This document shows positions 38,208-47,675 of a stretch of 64,000 bases of DNA, piece after piece. Positions within the stretch are counted from its first letter, which is position 1, and every line of letters begins with the position of its first letter. Below the pieces are notes generated by a model that was given only the letters and a program-made list of their open reading frames with translations, ran no database searches and was not told the DNA's origin. Source of the DNA: Scrofimicrobium sp. (GTDB lineage Bacteria; Actinomycetota; Actinomycetes; Actinomycetales; Actinomycetaceae); NCBI GenBank assembly GCA_049291975.1, contig JBATQJ010000152.1:601-64600 (forward strand). Direction: 5' to 3'. The position numbers were made by a program, and so were the translations under genes.

Positions 38208-39095
38208 GTGGAACTACTCAACGCGGCCGGGCTCACCAAGCGAATCACCGACGTCTCAGAACCGGTCCTTACATGGTTCACCCTTAACGGCGAGGAACGA
38301 ATCGAACTCTCCGGCCCCGTGGCGCGTCGCTGGATCGCTAAGACCGACAACTTTATGGCATCGGAATTTCCATACGGCGGCGAGCGCTTCTGCATCGTGC
38401 TTCCCCCGCACTGGCGCACCCCGTTTTGGCTCCTCATTCCGTGGATGAGGGGAATGCGTCTAGAAACGCCCCACATTGCTGCCGACGTCGACCTGGTTGT
38501 GAGTGCTGACTCTGGTTTCCTCCAGGCGGTGGCAGATGAGGGAGGACCAGATGCCCTCCTCGCCCAGAACCTTGATTCTCTCGCGCTCTCCTGGCCCGGC
38601 GAGCTACCCGGCACACTACTTGATGGAATCGCTGACGTTATGACCTACGGCGACTGGGTTGAAGACCCGGTGACAGCGAAACCTGGAACTCATCTGGTGT
38701 CGGAGTCGATTGATTGGGTTCCTCCAAACCTGTGGACGAAACCCAAAGAACAGACCCTCCCCATTGAGACCCTTGGCTCCCTGGACTACGTCGGATCGCT
38801 CTTTGCGGTGGGCGACGGGAAAGGCCGTCTCCACCCCGGCGCCTCGTCAGGCCAGGAATCCCCCGCCCAGACCGGATTGCCGCTCAGCGCGAGCTCAGTG
38901 GATCTGGAGGGTGCGCGCGTCCTCGTTCACACCCTCGACCCAGTGCTTTTCACCGCGCAACTTGCGGGGCTATGGATGGCTGGTGCCAGGGTGATTTGGG
39001 CTCCCGGGGACGGCATCCCGCAGGAAATCCTCGACCAAGAGCGCCCGGACTACCTGCTACCAAGCGGCACTGCGTCCGGGTCGACGCAAGACTGA
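38208..39095 (+). CDS. TIGR03089-like conserved actinobacterial protein
   Basis: TWFTLNGEERIELSG..ARRWIAKTDNF pattern, and the position between whiB2 and the wbbL-like GT. GTG start. Confidence 0.65.
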   Translation: MELLNAAGLTKRITDVSEPVLTWFTLNGEERIELSGPVARRWIAKTDNFMASEFPYGGERFCIVLPPHWRTPFWLLIPWMRGMRLETPHIAADVDLVVSADSGFLQAVADEGGPDALLAQNLDSLALSWPGELPGTLLDGIADVMTYGDWVEDPVTAKPGTHLVSESIDWVPPNLWTKPKEQTLPIETLGSLDYVGSLFAVGDGKGRLHPGASSGQESPAQTGLPLSASSVDLEGARVLVHTLDPVLFTAQLAGLWMAGARVIWAPGDGIPQEILDQERPDYLLPSGTASGSTQD

Positions 39096-39175
39096 CGTAC
39101 CGTGATCGGACCCGAAGCCTGAGGGACCCCGCAGGAAATCCTCGACCGCGAGCGCCCCGACTTTCTACTACCAGA
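39017..39175 (+). repeat. Diverged 48-bp direct duplication (39017-39064 and 39128-39175) of the 3' coding end of the TIGR03089-like gene
   Basis: Copy 1 encodes PQEILDQERPDYLLPS. Copy 2 is offset by 111 bp (in frame) and encodes PQEILDRERPDFLLPD, followed by PE and TAG. Confidence 0.85.
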
Positions 39176-40130
39176 CCCCGAGTAGGCAGGCCCCACCGAG
39201 TGCCAGACCGTCCATGCGGCCTCGGCGGATCTGCGGGAACCGGAGGAAGAGTTTCGTGCGAGCGGCGGGAGAAGTGTCCTCCAGCAACGCGGTTAACTCA
39301 GCAAGTTCGTTCAGCCACCCCGGATTGACTCCGACCTCGTTCGCCACGCGCGCCGAGTCATGTGCCACCCGGACGAACTGGTCACGGTACTTGCCGCTGC
39401 GAAGGTTCCGCAGGCGGGCGAGGAACGCCTCTTTCCCGCTGTGTTCCCCGAGCGCATTCTCGGAATGCTGACGGTAGGCGACCTGCGGCTCTGCTTCAAT
39501 CACCCAACTCAGACCCGCGGCGCGAACCAGAGCGTAGACGTACCAGTCGTGGAGCCAGACTCCGTCGGCGCCGAAGCGGCGATACTGGTCCGTGATCAGC
39601 TTCCACGACCTATAGTCCATCAGGAAAGTGGAGCCGGGGCCGGGGGCTTCGAAAATAAAGTCCCACTTGGTTTGAGGTTGGTCCTTGCGGATCACGTGTT
39701 TGCTCAGCGTGCCGTCAGGATTTCGTTTGAAGGACAGGACGTTCGAGGACACGGCGTTCGCGCCGTTCTCTCTAAGAAACTGGACTTGATGGGCTAGCTT
39801 CCCCGTGCGCCAAATATCGTCCTGGTCGGCAAACGCGGCGTACTCACCTGGCTGCACATCCAGACCGTTAAGGGCGTAAAGGAAGTTGGCACCGACTCCT
39901 GCTTCGCCGCTGCGAGGAGGCAGCAGTGTAACGCGGCTGTCTTTCTGCGCCAGTTCGTCAACCCATTCGGCGGTGCCGTCGGTGGAACCGTCGTCGGAGA
40001 CAGTGAGGGTAACCTGAACGCCGTCCTGGTCGAGGATAGAGCGCACCTGCTGCTCGATCCAGCGGCGCCCATTGTAGGTGGCCATGGCGACGTGAACGAC
40101 CGGCAGATCCATGTGCTCATTTGCAACCAA
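39168..40130 (-). CDS. GT2 glycosyltransferase, WbbL-like rhamnosyltransferase
   Basis: VAMATYNGRRWIEQQVRSILDQ...TVSDDGSTDGT...FADQDDIW. The start is TTG 40130 or ATG 40112. Confidence 0.85.
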   Translation of the reverse strand: MVANEHMDLPVVHVAMATYNGRRWIEQQVRSILDQDGVQVTLTVSDDGSTDGTAEWVDELAQKDSRVTLLPPRSGEAGVGANFLYALNGLDVQPGEYAAFADQDDIWRTGKLAHQVQFLRENGANAVSSNVLSFKRNPDGTLSKHVIRKDQPQTKWDFIFEAPGPGSTFLMDYRSWKLITDQYRRFGADGVWLHDWYVYALVRAAGLSWVIEAEPQVAYRQHSENALGEHSGKEAFLARLRNLRSGKYRDQFVRVAHDSARVANEVGVNPGWLNELAELTALLEDTSPAARTKLFLRFPQIRRGRMDGLALGGACLLGVW

Positions 40131-40389
40131 CTATCCACCGTCCATTCCAAGGCTCTGCAGCCTCTCGTCCAACAGTCGAGGAGCCGAATGTGTTTGTCTT
40201 AGGTCCATGTACGCGTGCATTTCCTGACCAACAGCCGAAGGACCGCGCATACACAGTAGGAAAGCTTACCGTCGAAGCAACACCAGAGGCCCAGTCTCGT
40301 GGATCCTCGAGTGCATCAATGAAATCAAGGCAGTTATCCCCAAAGAACGACCGGCGACGACGGTGCAGGATTGGATAGCTAACCAGCAT

Positions 40390-40647
40390 CTAGAGCGCGT
40401 CAATGAGGTCGCGAACTAGTTGGGAGTTCGAAATCTTGCGCTGACGAGCTACCTCCTCAAGCTTGGCGCGGCGATCGGTGTCAAGACGAACGGTGATCGG
40501 CCTTGCATCCGAACCAACGCTTACCGGGCGACCCATAACTGGCTTCCCAAACCTCCAGCCAGAAAAGTCGTCCTCTGCTTCTTTCGCCCATCGTTCAATG
40601 TCCTCGTCGTCAAACTTCGCACCGTTTGCGCCTACATAGGTTGCCAT
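40390..40647 (-). CDS. Ribbon-helix-helix (CopG-like) antitoxin
   Basis: C-terminal RHH: ITVRLDTDRRAKLEEVARQRKISNSQLVRDLIDAL. Strong GGGAGG Shine-Dalgarno. The start lies 3 nt after the stop of the upstream small gene. Confidence 0.8.
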   Translation of the reverse strand: MATYVGANGAKFDDEDIERWAKEAEDDFSGWRFGKPVMGRPVSVGSDARPITVRLDTDRRAKLEEVARQRKISNSQLVRDLIDAL

Positions 40648-40650
40648 CTT

Positions 40651-40914
40651 CTACCTCCCCATCCCGAGCTCGTTCAGGACTTTTCTCGTTGCAGCCATCG
40701 CGTGGAATATGAGCCATTCGTCGCCACTCAAGTTCACAGCAACGTATTGCAACAGACGCCCATTCATATCAATCCCGATTCCGACCCACTCAGGCGGAAA
40801 ACTTGTTCCTTCCCTCGGCGCCGCGCGGATACTGTTCTCAAGGGCCGCAATAGCGTCTTCGTCTTTGATCTCCGGATGTATTCGATTCACACGCTTATGC
40901 ACTCGGATCAACAT
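40651..40914 (-). CDS. Putative toxin partner of the RHH antitoxin (BrnT-like by architecture, family uncertain)
   Basis: An 87-aa ORF immediately upstream of the RHH gene. The ...GRLLQYVAVNLSGDEWLIFHAMAATRK segment resembles the BrnT-type C-terminal strand pattern. Toxin-first order as in BrnTA. Confidence 0.55.
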   Translation of the reverse strand: MLIRVHKRVNRIHPEIKDEDAIAALENSIRAAPREGTSFPPEWVGIGIDMNGRLLQYVAVNLSGDEWLIFHAMAATRKVLNELGMGR

Positions 40915-41483
40915 GTCGCTCGACCACTGTTCGCGAAGCTAGAAACAATTGTATTACATAAGTTCGGAGACTCATATATCGATTGATTTGGCATGCCGTG
41001 ATACTGGCAATTCGCGCCGCTTCCAGCAACCGGCACCATCCACAGCTAGGGAGAACCCCCATAGCCCGTCCCTGTTCACGGCCTTCTGTGGACAACCACA
41101 GACGCTCTCACCAACAACTTGGGAAGCCTAGCCTTTGTCACCATTTGGGAACTGGCCCGAGAGGAAACATAGCCGCGATCACCAATTCAGACCCCAGAAT
41201 CCGCATGATCTCGGTGGCGAAGTGGCGACTTCGGCTCTCTTTCCAAGACCATGTCCAAAGAAATGGCGGCCTGGGCTACCTTTCCACCACCCCAAGAGAA
41301 GAAGCGCCCACAGTGCACCTCCCTGTCTACCGGGCAGGAGTCATGGCGCATCTCAAAAGAGAATGTGACCACGGCGGTCTTCTCGGCTACAAAGAGGAGC
41401 CAGGAGCTACTTTGTTTGGTTCTTCCCGTAGCGGTGGAGTCGGGTAGGCCCATTTCCAAGGTGTCAGTGACCTGGGTTGCTTC

Positions 41484-41603
41484 GTTGTGGCGACCTTTGG
41501 TTGCACTAGCAGCGTCTAGTCAGCAGCACAGAGCCAGAATCCGGGGAATCAGGGCCGGTGTCGCTGACAAGGGCTCACCAATGCAACCAAAAGCCGCCAC
41601 AAC
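41484..41603. other. About 120-nt imperfect long hairpin / inverted repeat in non-coding DNA
   Basis: 22-nt arms GTTGTGGCGACCTTTGGTTGCA (41484-41505) and TGCAACCAAAAGCCGCCACAAC (41582-41603) are 20/22 complementary. An inner pair GTCAGCAGCAC / GTGTCGCTGAC is 9/11. Confidence 0.6.
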
Positions 41604-41651
41604 AACACCAGAAACCACCGACGACTCTCTGGTCGGGGCCAATGGCTGGCT

Positions 41652-41894
41652 TCAGATCTCATGGACATTCACCAGCTGAGCGAGAGGCACCGGACTTCGA
41701 TGGATGTCATACTCACGAAGAACCTAGATGTATTTGCGCTTGTCAACATTCCAGTCAAGGAGTTCTAGTGACTCCGAACTCTGAGCGGCAATGAATGCAA
41801 AGTCTCCAAGTGGCCCCGTCGTCCTGCCATTGCCGTCCATGAACGGATGGATCCAAGGGTAGTTCTGTTTCCCCGTACCCGGATCGAGCGACAT
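41652..41894 (-). pseudogene. Decayed Fic-domain toxin gene
   Basis: A 56-codon ORF (41724-41894), MSLDPGTGKQNYPWIHPFMDGNGRTTGPLG..., carries the Fic motif HPFxDGNGR only 16 aa from its start. It ends at an in-frame TAG after ...DKRKYI, and the reading frame continues (VLREYDIH...). This is far shorter than any Fic domain. Confidence 0.55.
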
Positions 41895-42064
41895 CAGGCT
41901 CTCTTCAGATACTCAACCACGAAGACTTCGGTTCGAGGAGAACGAACAAAATCCGGAGGAACTACACGCTGCTCCGAGGCCGCAGACTCAAGTACAGATC
42001 TTTGCGCAGCACGACGGACCGCACCGCGACTGATCGTTACTTTTCTCTTGGCTTGGTCTGTCAC
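41894..42064 (-). CDS. VbhA-like antitoxin (Fic inhibitor), 56 aa
   Basis: GTG at 42064 with AAGGAGG 7 nt upstream. Sequence VTDQAKRKVTISRGAVRRAAQRSVLESAASEQRVVPPDFVRSPRTEVFVVEYLKRA. SAASEQ fits the inhibitory S/T-x-x-x-E-G/N motif except at the last residue. The stop overlaps the Fic remnant start (TGATG). Below the track cutoff. Confidence 0.6.
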   Translation of the reverse strand: MTDQAKRKVTISRGAVRRAAQRSVLESAASEQRVVPPDFVRSPRTEVFVVEYLKRA

Positions 42065-42143
42065 GCGCCTACCTCCTTTGCGACTCCTCTGTGTAACTAT
42101 TCACTTCCAACAAAAGCGTGCCGCATATAGCCCAATCGGACAA

Positions 42144-42968
42144 TCAGAGCGCTGCAGTTCCCATGGATCGGATCAACTGCTGGACGAGCATGCTTGCTGA
42201 AGAAGCGACGAGGTCCGGGTCTCCGACGAAACGCTCAGCTCGCCCGGCCATGATTGATCCAAGGGATTCCGGAGTCCCGAACAGCGAATCAATATAGTCC
42301 AATCCCCTGCTACTGACTTCCGCAGACAACGGGTCAGCTAGCAGTCGCCCAAATCGGGATACTAGACCCTCGGTCGAGCAAGCGACGAGCAACCTGTACA
42401 TGTCGTGAGCGTCTTTGTCTTTCAATCGCGTTGGAGCACAATCCCGCCGTTCTCCAATCCTGTATGCCTTGGAAACTAAGAGTGCGCTCGGGCCCGCAAC
42501 ACGTATTTCGCCTGTGCGATCATCCTTAGCAAGGGAATCCACCTGCATTCTGTCATTGTCGACGAGGGACGCTTCAAGCCCATGCGCGCTTCTGGCAACC
42601 TTCGAGTCGTGAGGTGGAATCTCCACACTCCGACGCCCTCGTCCAGCAAGAGTCGCTGGAACCATTAGGTCTACAGGTATACCCAGGGGAGATATCCAAG
42701 CACCTGGTTGCGAGCTGGTAGGGTCTTTCATAAATCCCGCGTCGCTCATAACCTTTTCGATCAAGGGTTCATCTCTCAAACTGCGTGGGTCGAGCACAAA
42801 GTCTGAGTCAGCGGTCGCCGCCGCTATTCCGAAGTCGGTGTCCCCGGTCCGCAAGTACACTGCCTGCGCTCCAACAAGTATCACCGAATCTATGTGGGAG
42901 TCCAGGGCTTGCAGTGCGTCCAACAGGGCCGTGCGTGCCTCAACGATTAGATTTACGTCGCCACTCAT
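42144..42968 (-). CDS. Nucleotidyltransferase-fold protein, AbiEii/MenT-like toxin candidate
   Basis: Minimal NTase signature ILVGAQAVYLRTGDTDFGIAAATADSDFVLD (G-x-x, then DxD) and a C-terminal KDKDAHDMYRLL-type motif. ATG at 42968 overlaps the upstream gene by 29 nt. Confidence 0.7.
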   Translation of the reverse strand: MSGDVNLIVEARTALLDALQALDSHIDSVILVGAQAVYLRTGDTDFGIAAATADSDFVLDPRSLRDEPLIEKVMSDAGFMKDPTSSQPGAWISPLGIPVDLMVPATLAGRGRRSVEIPPHDSKVARSAHGLEASLVDNDRMQVDSLAKDDRTGEIRVAGPSALLVSKAYRIGERRDCAPTRLKDKDAHDMYRLLVACSTEGLVSRFGRLLADPLSAEVSSRGLDYIDSLFGTPESLGSIMAGRAERFVGDPDLVASSASMLVQQLIRSMGTAAL

Positions 42969-44055
42969 CAGGATTTTCCTCCATCCATTGCAGAAGGCGC
43001 TCACCTTCCGCCGGATTCCTACCGGGACCATTCAATAGATCAGCGACCGCTTGACTGGGTGCGACGACCGTGAGGCCCTCCCAAGAATTCGTCCTTTCAA
43101 AGACGACATCAGACTTGGGTGCCACCATGACAACATTTGTGGGCCCATCCGTAGGCGTTAACCCTAGATCGCTGGCAAGAGCTTTTGGATTCTCTGAGTA
43201 GATCATCGCGAGCCTAGACTGCGCATACGGGGCGTATAGCTGGGCTGCGATGGAACCTGTGGCTGCGTACGAGCCTGGCGATACCTCCTCAGTCAGTCTC
43301 TGGACTAAAGAACTCACACCCCGAGGCTCAAGATAGCTGTGAGCGATTGATTCCTCGAACAGTGAAGAGTCTTCCGCCCACTTGCGTAGCAGTTCGGGCC
43401 ACTTAACGACATATATTGGGCCACGTTTCTCCCGTTCTAGAAGGGCTTCGTCTTCCAGGTAATCCACAAGTCGGTACGTGGCACCGATGGAGCTACCGGC
43501 AAGCTCCGCTAGCCCGGGCACAGAATACGGCGGAATAAAGTCAACTAACGCGCGGGCTATTCTCGCAGCAGGAAGCCCTTTCAAACTGGTAGTTGGGCGA
43601 CCGGGGCCTCGCCACGGATTGCTGGGGGCCCCTCGTTTACTAATCGCGATCAACGGCTCATCCGAGACCAGATATATGTTTCCAGTTACATCCGCATAGC
43701 TCATCCCACGAGACTCCAGAATCTGGCATACCGGCGGCGACAAATACCTAGCGAAGAGGACAGGTTTGGTATGCAACACGTCCGAAACAGTTACGAGGGC
43801 CAACGCATCTCTCTTAGATACGTCAGTCCGAAACTCCACATTGAACTTGGCCCTAGGCTCCCCGCGATACAAAAGTCTTAGTTCGGGACGTGGACCTTTT
43901 TCACTAGGTCCTGAATCCGGGACCAATTCCGCCGACCACCCCGAAGGAAGGGCTATTCTTACTTTCTCAGTGGCCGCGCGCCCCAGAATCTGCGGTGCTG
44001 GAGTTGGGGAACGATCCCCCATGAGCAACCTAGCGACGTCCGTTTCTAGCTTCAT
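42940..44055 (-). CDS. AbiEi-like antitoxin/transcriptional regulator with extra N-terminal domain (371 aa)
   Basis: Central winged-helix-like segment (LPAARIARALVDF...VPGLAELAGSSIGATYRLVDYLEDEALLERE) and a C-terminal AbiEi-type segment (VAPSQAVADLLNGPGRNPAEGERLLQWM). Immediately upstream of the NTase gene. Confidence 0.65.
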   Translation of the reverse strand: MKLETDVARLLMGDRSPTPAPQILGRAATEKVRIALPSGWSAELVPDSGPSEKGPRPELRLLYRGEPRAKFNVEFRTDVSKRDALALVTVSDVLHTKPVLFARYLSPPVCQILESRGMSYADVTGNIYLVSDEPLIAISKRGAPSNPWRGPGRPTTSLKGLPAARIARALVDFIPPYSVPGLAELAGSSIGATYRLVDYLEDEALLEREKRGPIYVVKWPELLRKWAEDSSLFEESIAHSYLEPRGVSSLVQRLTEEVSPGSYAATGSIAAQLYAPYAQSRLAMIYSENPKALASDLGLTPTDGPTNVVMVAPKSDVVFERTNSWEGLTVVAPSQAVADLLNGPGRNPAEGERLLQWMEENPDEWRRKSNR

Positions 44056-44071
44056 TTTCCGATAATACCAG

Positions 44072-44092
44072 TATTCCGTATCCGACGGAATA
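44072..44092. promoter_or_regulatory. Inverted repeat TATTCCGT-N5-ACGGAATA upstream of the AbiEi-like gene (candidate operator)
   Basis: Perfect 8-bp arms at 44072-44079 and 44085-44092, 17-37 nt upstream of the ATG at 44055, in an AT-rich intergenic region. Confidence 0.4.
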
Positions 44093-44149
44093 TTCTAATA
44101 AACGGAAAGATGTCCTTTAGTAATGGTTTATCACCTCACGACTCGGTGG

Positions 44150-45286
<1,137 letters not shown>

Positions 45287-45388
45287 TCAGAATTACGTCG
45301 GTAGCAGAGAGCTAACCCTCTCAGAGCGCCAATTCGCAAACCCACGTCTTTCGGCGTGGGTTTCTGCGTTTCTGGGTAGAGTCTTAGG

Positions 45389-46372
45389 GTGGACTCTCTT
45401 GTTTCGGCTGTTGTTGTCACATTCAATCCAGATCCGGTTGAACTCATGCGCCTCCTCGCAGCGCTTCGGCCCCAAGTCGACTCAGCAATTATCGTTGACA
45501 ACGGGTCCGGGAATCAGGTGGAAGTCCACGACCTCGCCAAAGAACACGACGCCACCTTCATCGGCTGCGATCAGAACATTGGTATCGCCGCCGCCCAGAA
45601 TTTGGGAATTGAGCAGGCACGACAGGCAGGCGCGAAATATGTCCTGCTGAGTGATCAGGATTCTGTTCCCGCACCAGACATGGTCCAGCAACTCCTCGCG
45701 TGCTTCTCCGATCCCCCGCTACCCGAATCGCCTGGACCACTAAAACTGCTTCCCGCCGCATCGGACGAGGTTATGCGTCAGTTTCCCTCAACCGCAGTCG
45801 ACGGTCCGCTGGCGGCTGTTGGCCCGGTCCCCTCTGACGGACGAGGGGACGGAACCGGCGGCGACCTGGTCTATTCCTTCTCAAAGTGGCGGGCAGTCCG
45901 AGAGCGTACACCGGCACCCGGAGAAGTACTACCAGTTCCATTCGTGCTCGCCTCCGGTTGCCTGATTCCGATGACCGTCTTGGACGATGTTGGTCCTATG
46001 AACGAGGGTCTGTTCATCGACCATGTGGACCTGGCCTGGTGTCTGCGTGCCATCCAGAAGGGATACCGGATTCTGGTTTCCGGTGACGCGCACATCTACC
46101 ATTCACTAGGCGACGAGGTGGCACACGTGCCGGGGAGGAAACGCGCAGTGCACCTGCACTCCCCCATTCGCAACTACTACATGATGCGGAACACCCTGCT
46201 GCTCCAGAGGGCACCCTTCCTTCCGAAACGTTGGAAACAACGCTATCTATTCTGGATGCTCAAGTACATGGGCTACTACACTCTGGCACCGGGACGAGGC
46301 GAACGCATCCCGATGATGATGAAAGCACTGAAGGACGGCCTGCGGGGAGCTACCGGACCAATTAGTTCGTAG
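45389..46372 (+). CDS. GT2 glycosyltransferase (rhamnosyltransferase-like)
   Basis: VSAVVVTFNPD...IIVDNGS...NIGIAAAQNLGI...LSDQDS. GTG start. Confidence 0.85.
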   Translation: MDSLVSAVVVTFNPDPVELMRLLAALRPQVDSAIIVDNGSGNQVEVHDLAKEHDATFIGCDQNIGIAAAQNLGIEQARQAGAKYVLLSDQDSVPAPDMVQQLLACFSDPPLPESPGPLKLLPAASDEVMRQFPSTAVDGPLAAVGPVPSDGRGDGTGGDLVYSFSKWRAVRERTPAPGEVLPVPFVLASGCLIPMTVLDDVGPMNEGLFIDHVDLAWCLRAIQKGYRILVSGDAHIYHSLGDEVAHVPGRKRAVHLHSPIRNYYMMRNTLLLQRAPFLPKRWKQRYLFWMLKYMGYYTLAPGRGERIPMMMKALKDGLRGATGPISS

Positions 46373-47633
46373 CAGTGTCGTCGATGGACCCGGATTCTAA
46401 GGCCCGATCTCTCCTGAGGAAGTAAAGCAAGAACGCCGCAAAAATGGCTACAAGGATCAGCATCGCCCCGGCATAGGCCAGCGATGCTCCCATAACCCCA
46501 TGACTTTGGACCAAAACGGTTGACAAGAAAAACACGGCGAGGGCCGAAGCAACGTAGCCGACAAACACCGCCTTCTGTTGTCGCATCGTTGTCAACCCGT
46601 AGTAGAGAACCACACCAATCGCGTTAAATGATCCACCGACAACAAGGACCAGCATGTCTGCCTTGTATGGTCCGATGTCAACGCTGGATAGGACGTTCAA
46701 CAAAGGAACACCAACCAATAAGGTGACTAACAGAACCAGGACAGATCCCGCGACAGCGCCCGCTACCCCAAGAAGGACAAGTCGGGCAAATCCCGCCCGA
46801 TCTCGCCCGACCCACACGACCGCCAGTCTAGTTAGAAGTGGTCGGAACATAAGTGTCGACAGAAGGTTCACTGCGAAGGCCGGCATAAAAATAATGGCGA
46901 AGAATCCAAGAGCATCTGCATCCATATAGCTACCGATAGCGAAGGTTGGAGCGTTAGACAGATACACGGCCAGGAACGCCGCCAACGCCAACGGCAGACA
47001 CTCTTTCAGGACTTGAACACCTGGGCGAACCGCGAAGAGCGGGCGAATATCAAAGTGTCGGCTCGCTGGAATGATAACCATCGTGACCATCGAAATCACT
47101 GAGACAGCAAGCGTGACCAGAGTGGTGGTCCAAACATCTTCAGTCAGGACCAAGACCAAGCAGAACACAAGCGTCGTGGTGAACACGCGGAAGAAGTAGG
47201 CTTTCCCTCCAAGATCCAGTCGATCTCGACGTTGAAACTCGCCGAAGAAGACGTCTTCGAAAGCATCTATGAGGCGAAGCGCCGCCACAAGGATGATGAG
47301 CACCAAGTCTTCGCGCGGCTGGTTGGTGATCACCGGGTACAGAACCACGCAAACCAGCATAAAAAGGACCGTATATATTCGAACCGAATGATAGGTTCCG
47401 AACGAGAATCGATTACGTACATCAGTTGCTTGATAGGGGCGAACCTCGTACATTCCAAGACTCTGGAACTGCTGACCAATCTTCGTTCCGAGTGCGAACA
47501 AGCCCGCGAGCGCAACCCCTGACACGCGCGTAACCGCGAGAGTCATAATCAGTGTTGAGGCGGCGGCCATAACACTGCTAGCCGTATTCCATACGTAGTC
47601 CCGGCGGACTTGCTTTCCGATCCGGTCAGTCAT
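46362..47633 (-). CDS. Wzx-like polysaccharide/oligosaccharide flippase (MOP superfamily)
   Basis: A 423-aa protein with about 12 hydrophobic helices. Typical N-terminus (...RDYVWNTASSVMAAASTLIMTLAVTR). Convergent 11-bp overlap with the GT2 gene. Confidence 0.75.
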   Translation of the reverse strand: MTDRIGKQVRRDYVWNTASSVMAAASTLIMTLAVTRVSGVALAGLFALGTKIGQQFQSLGMYEVRPYQATDVRNRFSFGTYHSVRIYTVLFMLVCVVLYPVITNQPREDLVLIILVAALRLIDAFEDVFFGEFQRRDRLDLGGKAYFFRVFTTTLVFCLVLVLTEDVWTTTLVTLAVSVISMVTMVIIPASRHFDIRPLFAVRPGVQVLKECLPLALAAFLAVYLSNAPTFAIGSYMDADALGFFAIIFMPAFAVNLLSTLMFRPLLTRLAVVWVGRDRAGFARLVLLGVAGAVAGSVLVLLVTLLVGVPLLNVLSSVDIGPYKADMLVLVVGGSFNAIGVVLYYGLTTMRQQKAVFVGYVASALAVFFLSTVLVQSHGVMGASLAYAGAMLILVAIFAAFLLYFLRRDRALESGSIDDTATN

Positions 47634-47675
47634 CTGGTTGTTCCCTCAGAATATGGCTAGTCGCTTTGGAAACGC

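Noticed and set aside
40915-41650. Track ORFs 40983..41447, 41251..41679 and 41187..41459 in the islet
   Set aside because: No motifs and poor coding look, and they overlap one another. Fragments such as HFATEIMRILGSELVIAAMF in another frame suggest decayed gene remnants that I cannot identify.
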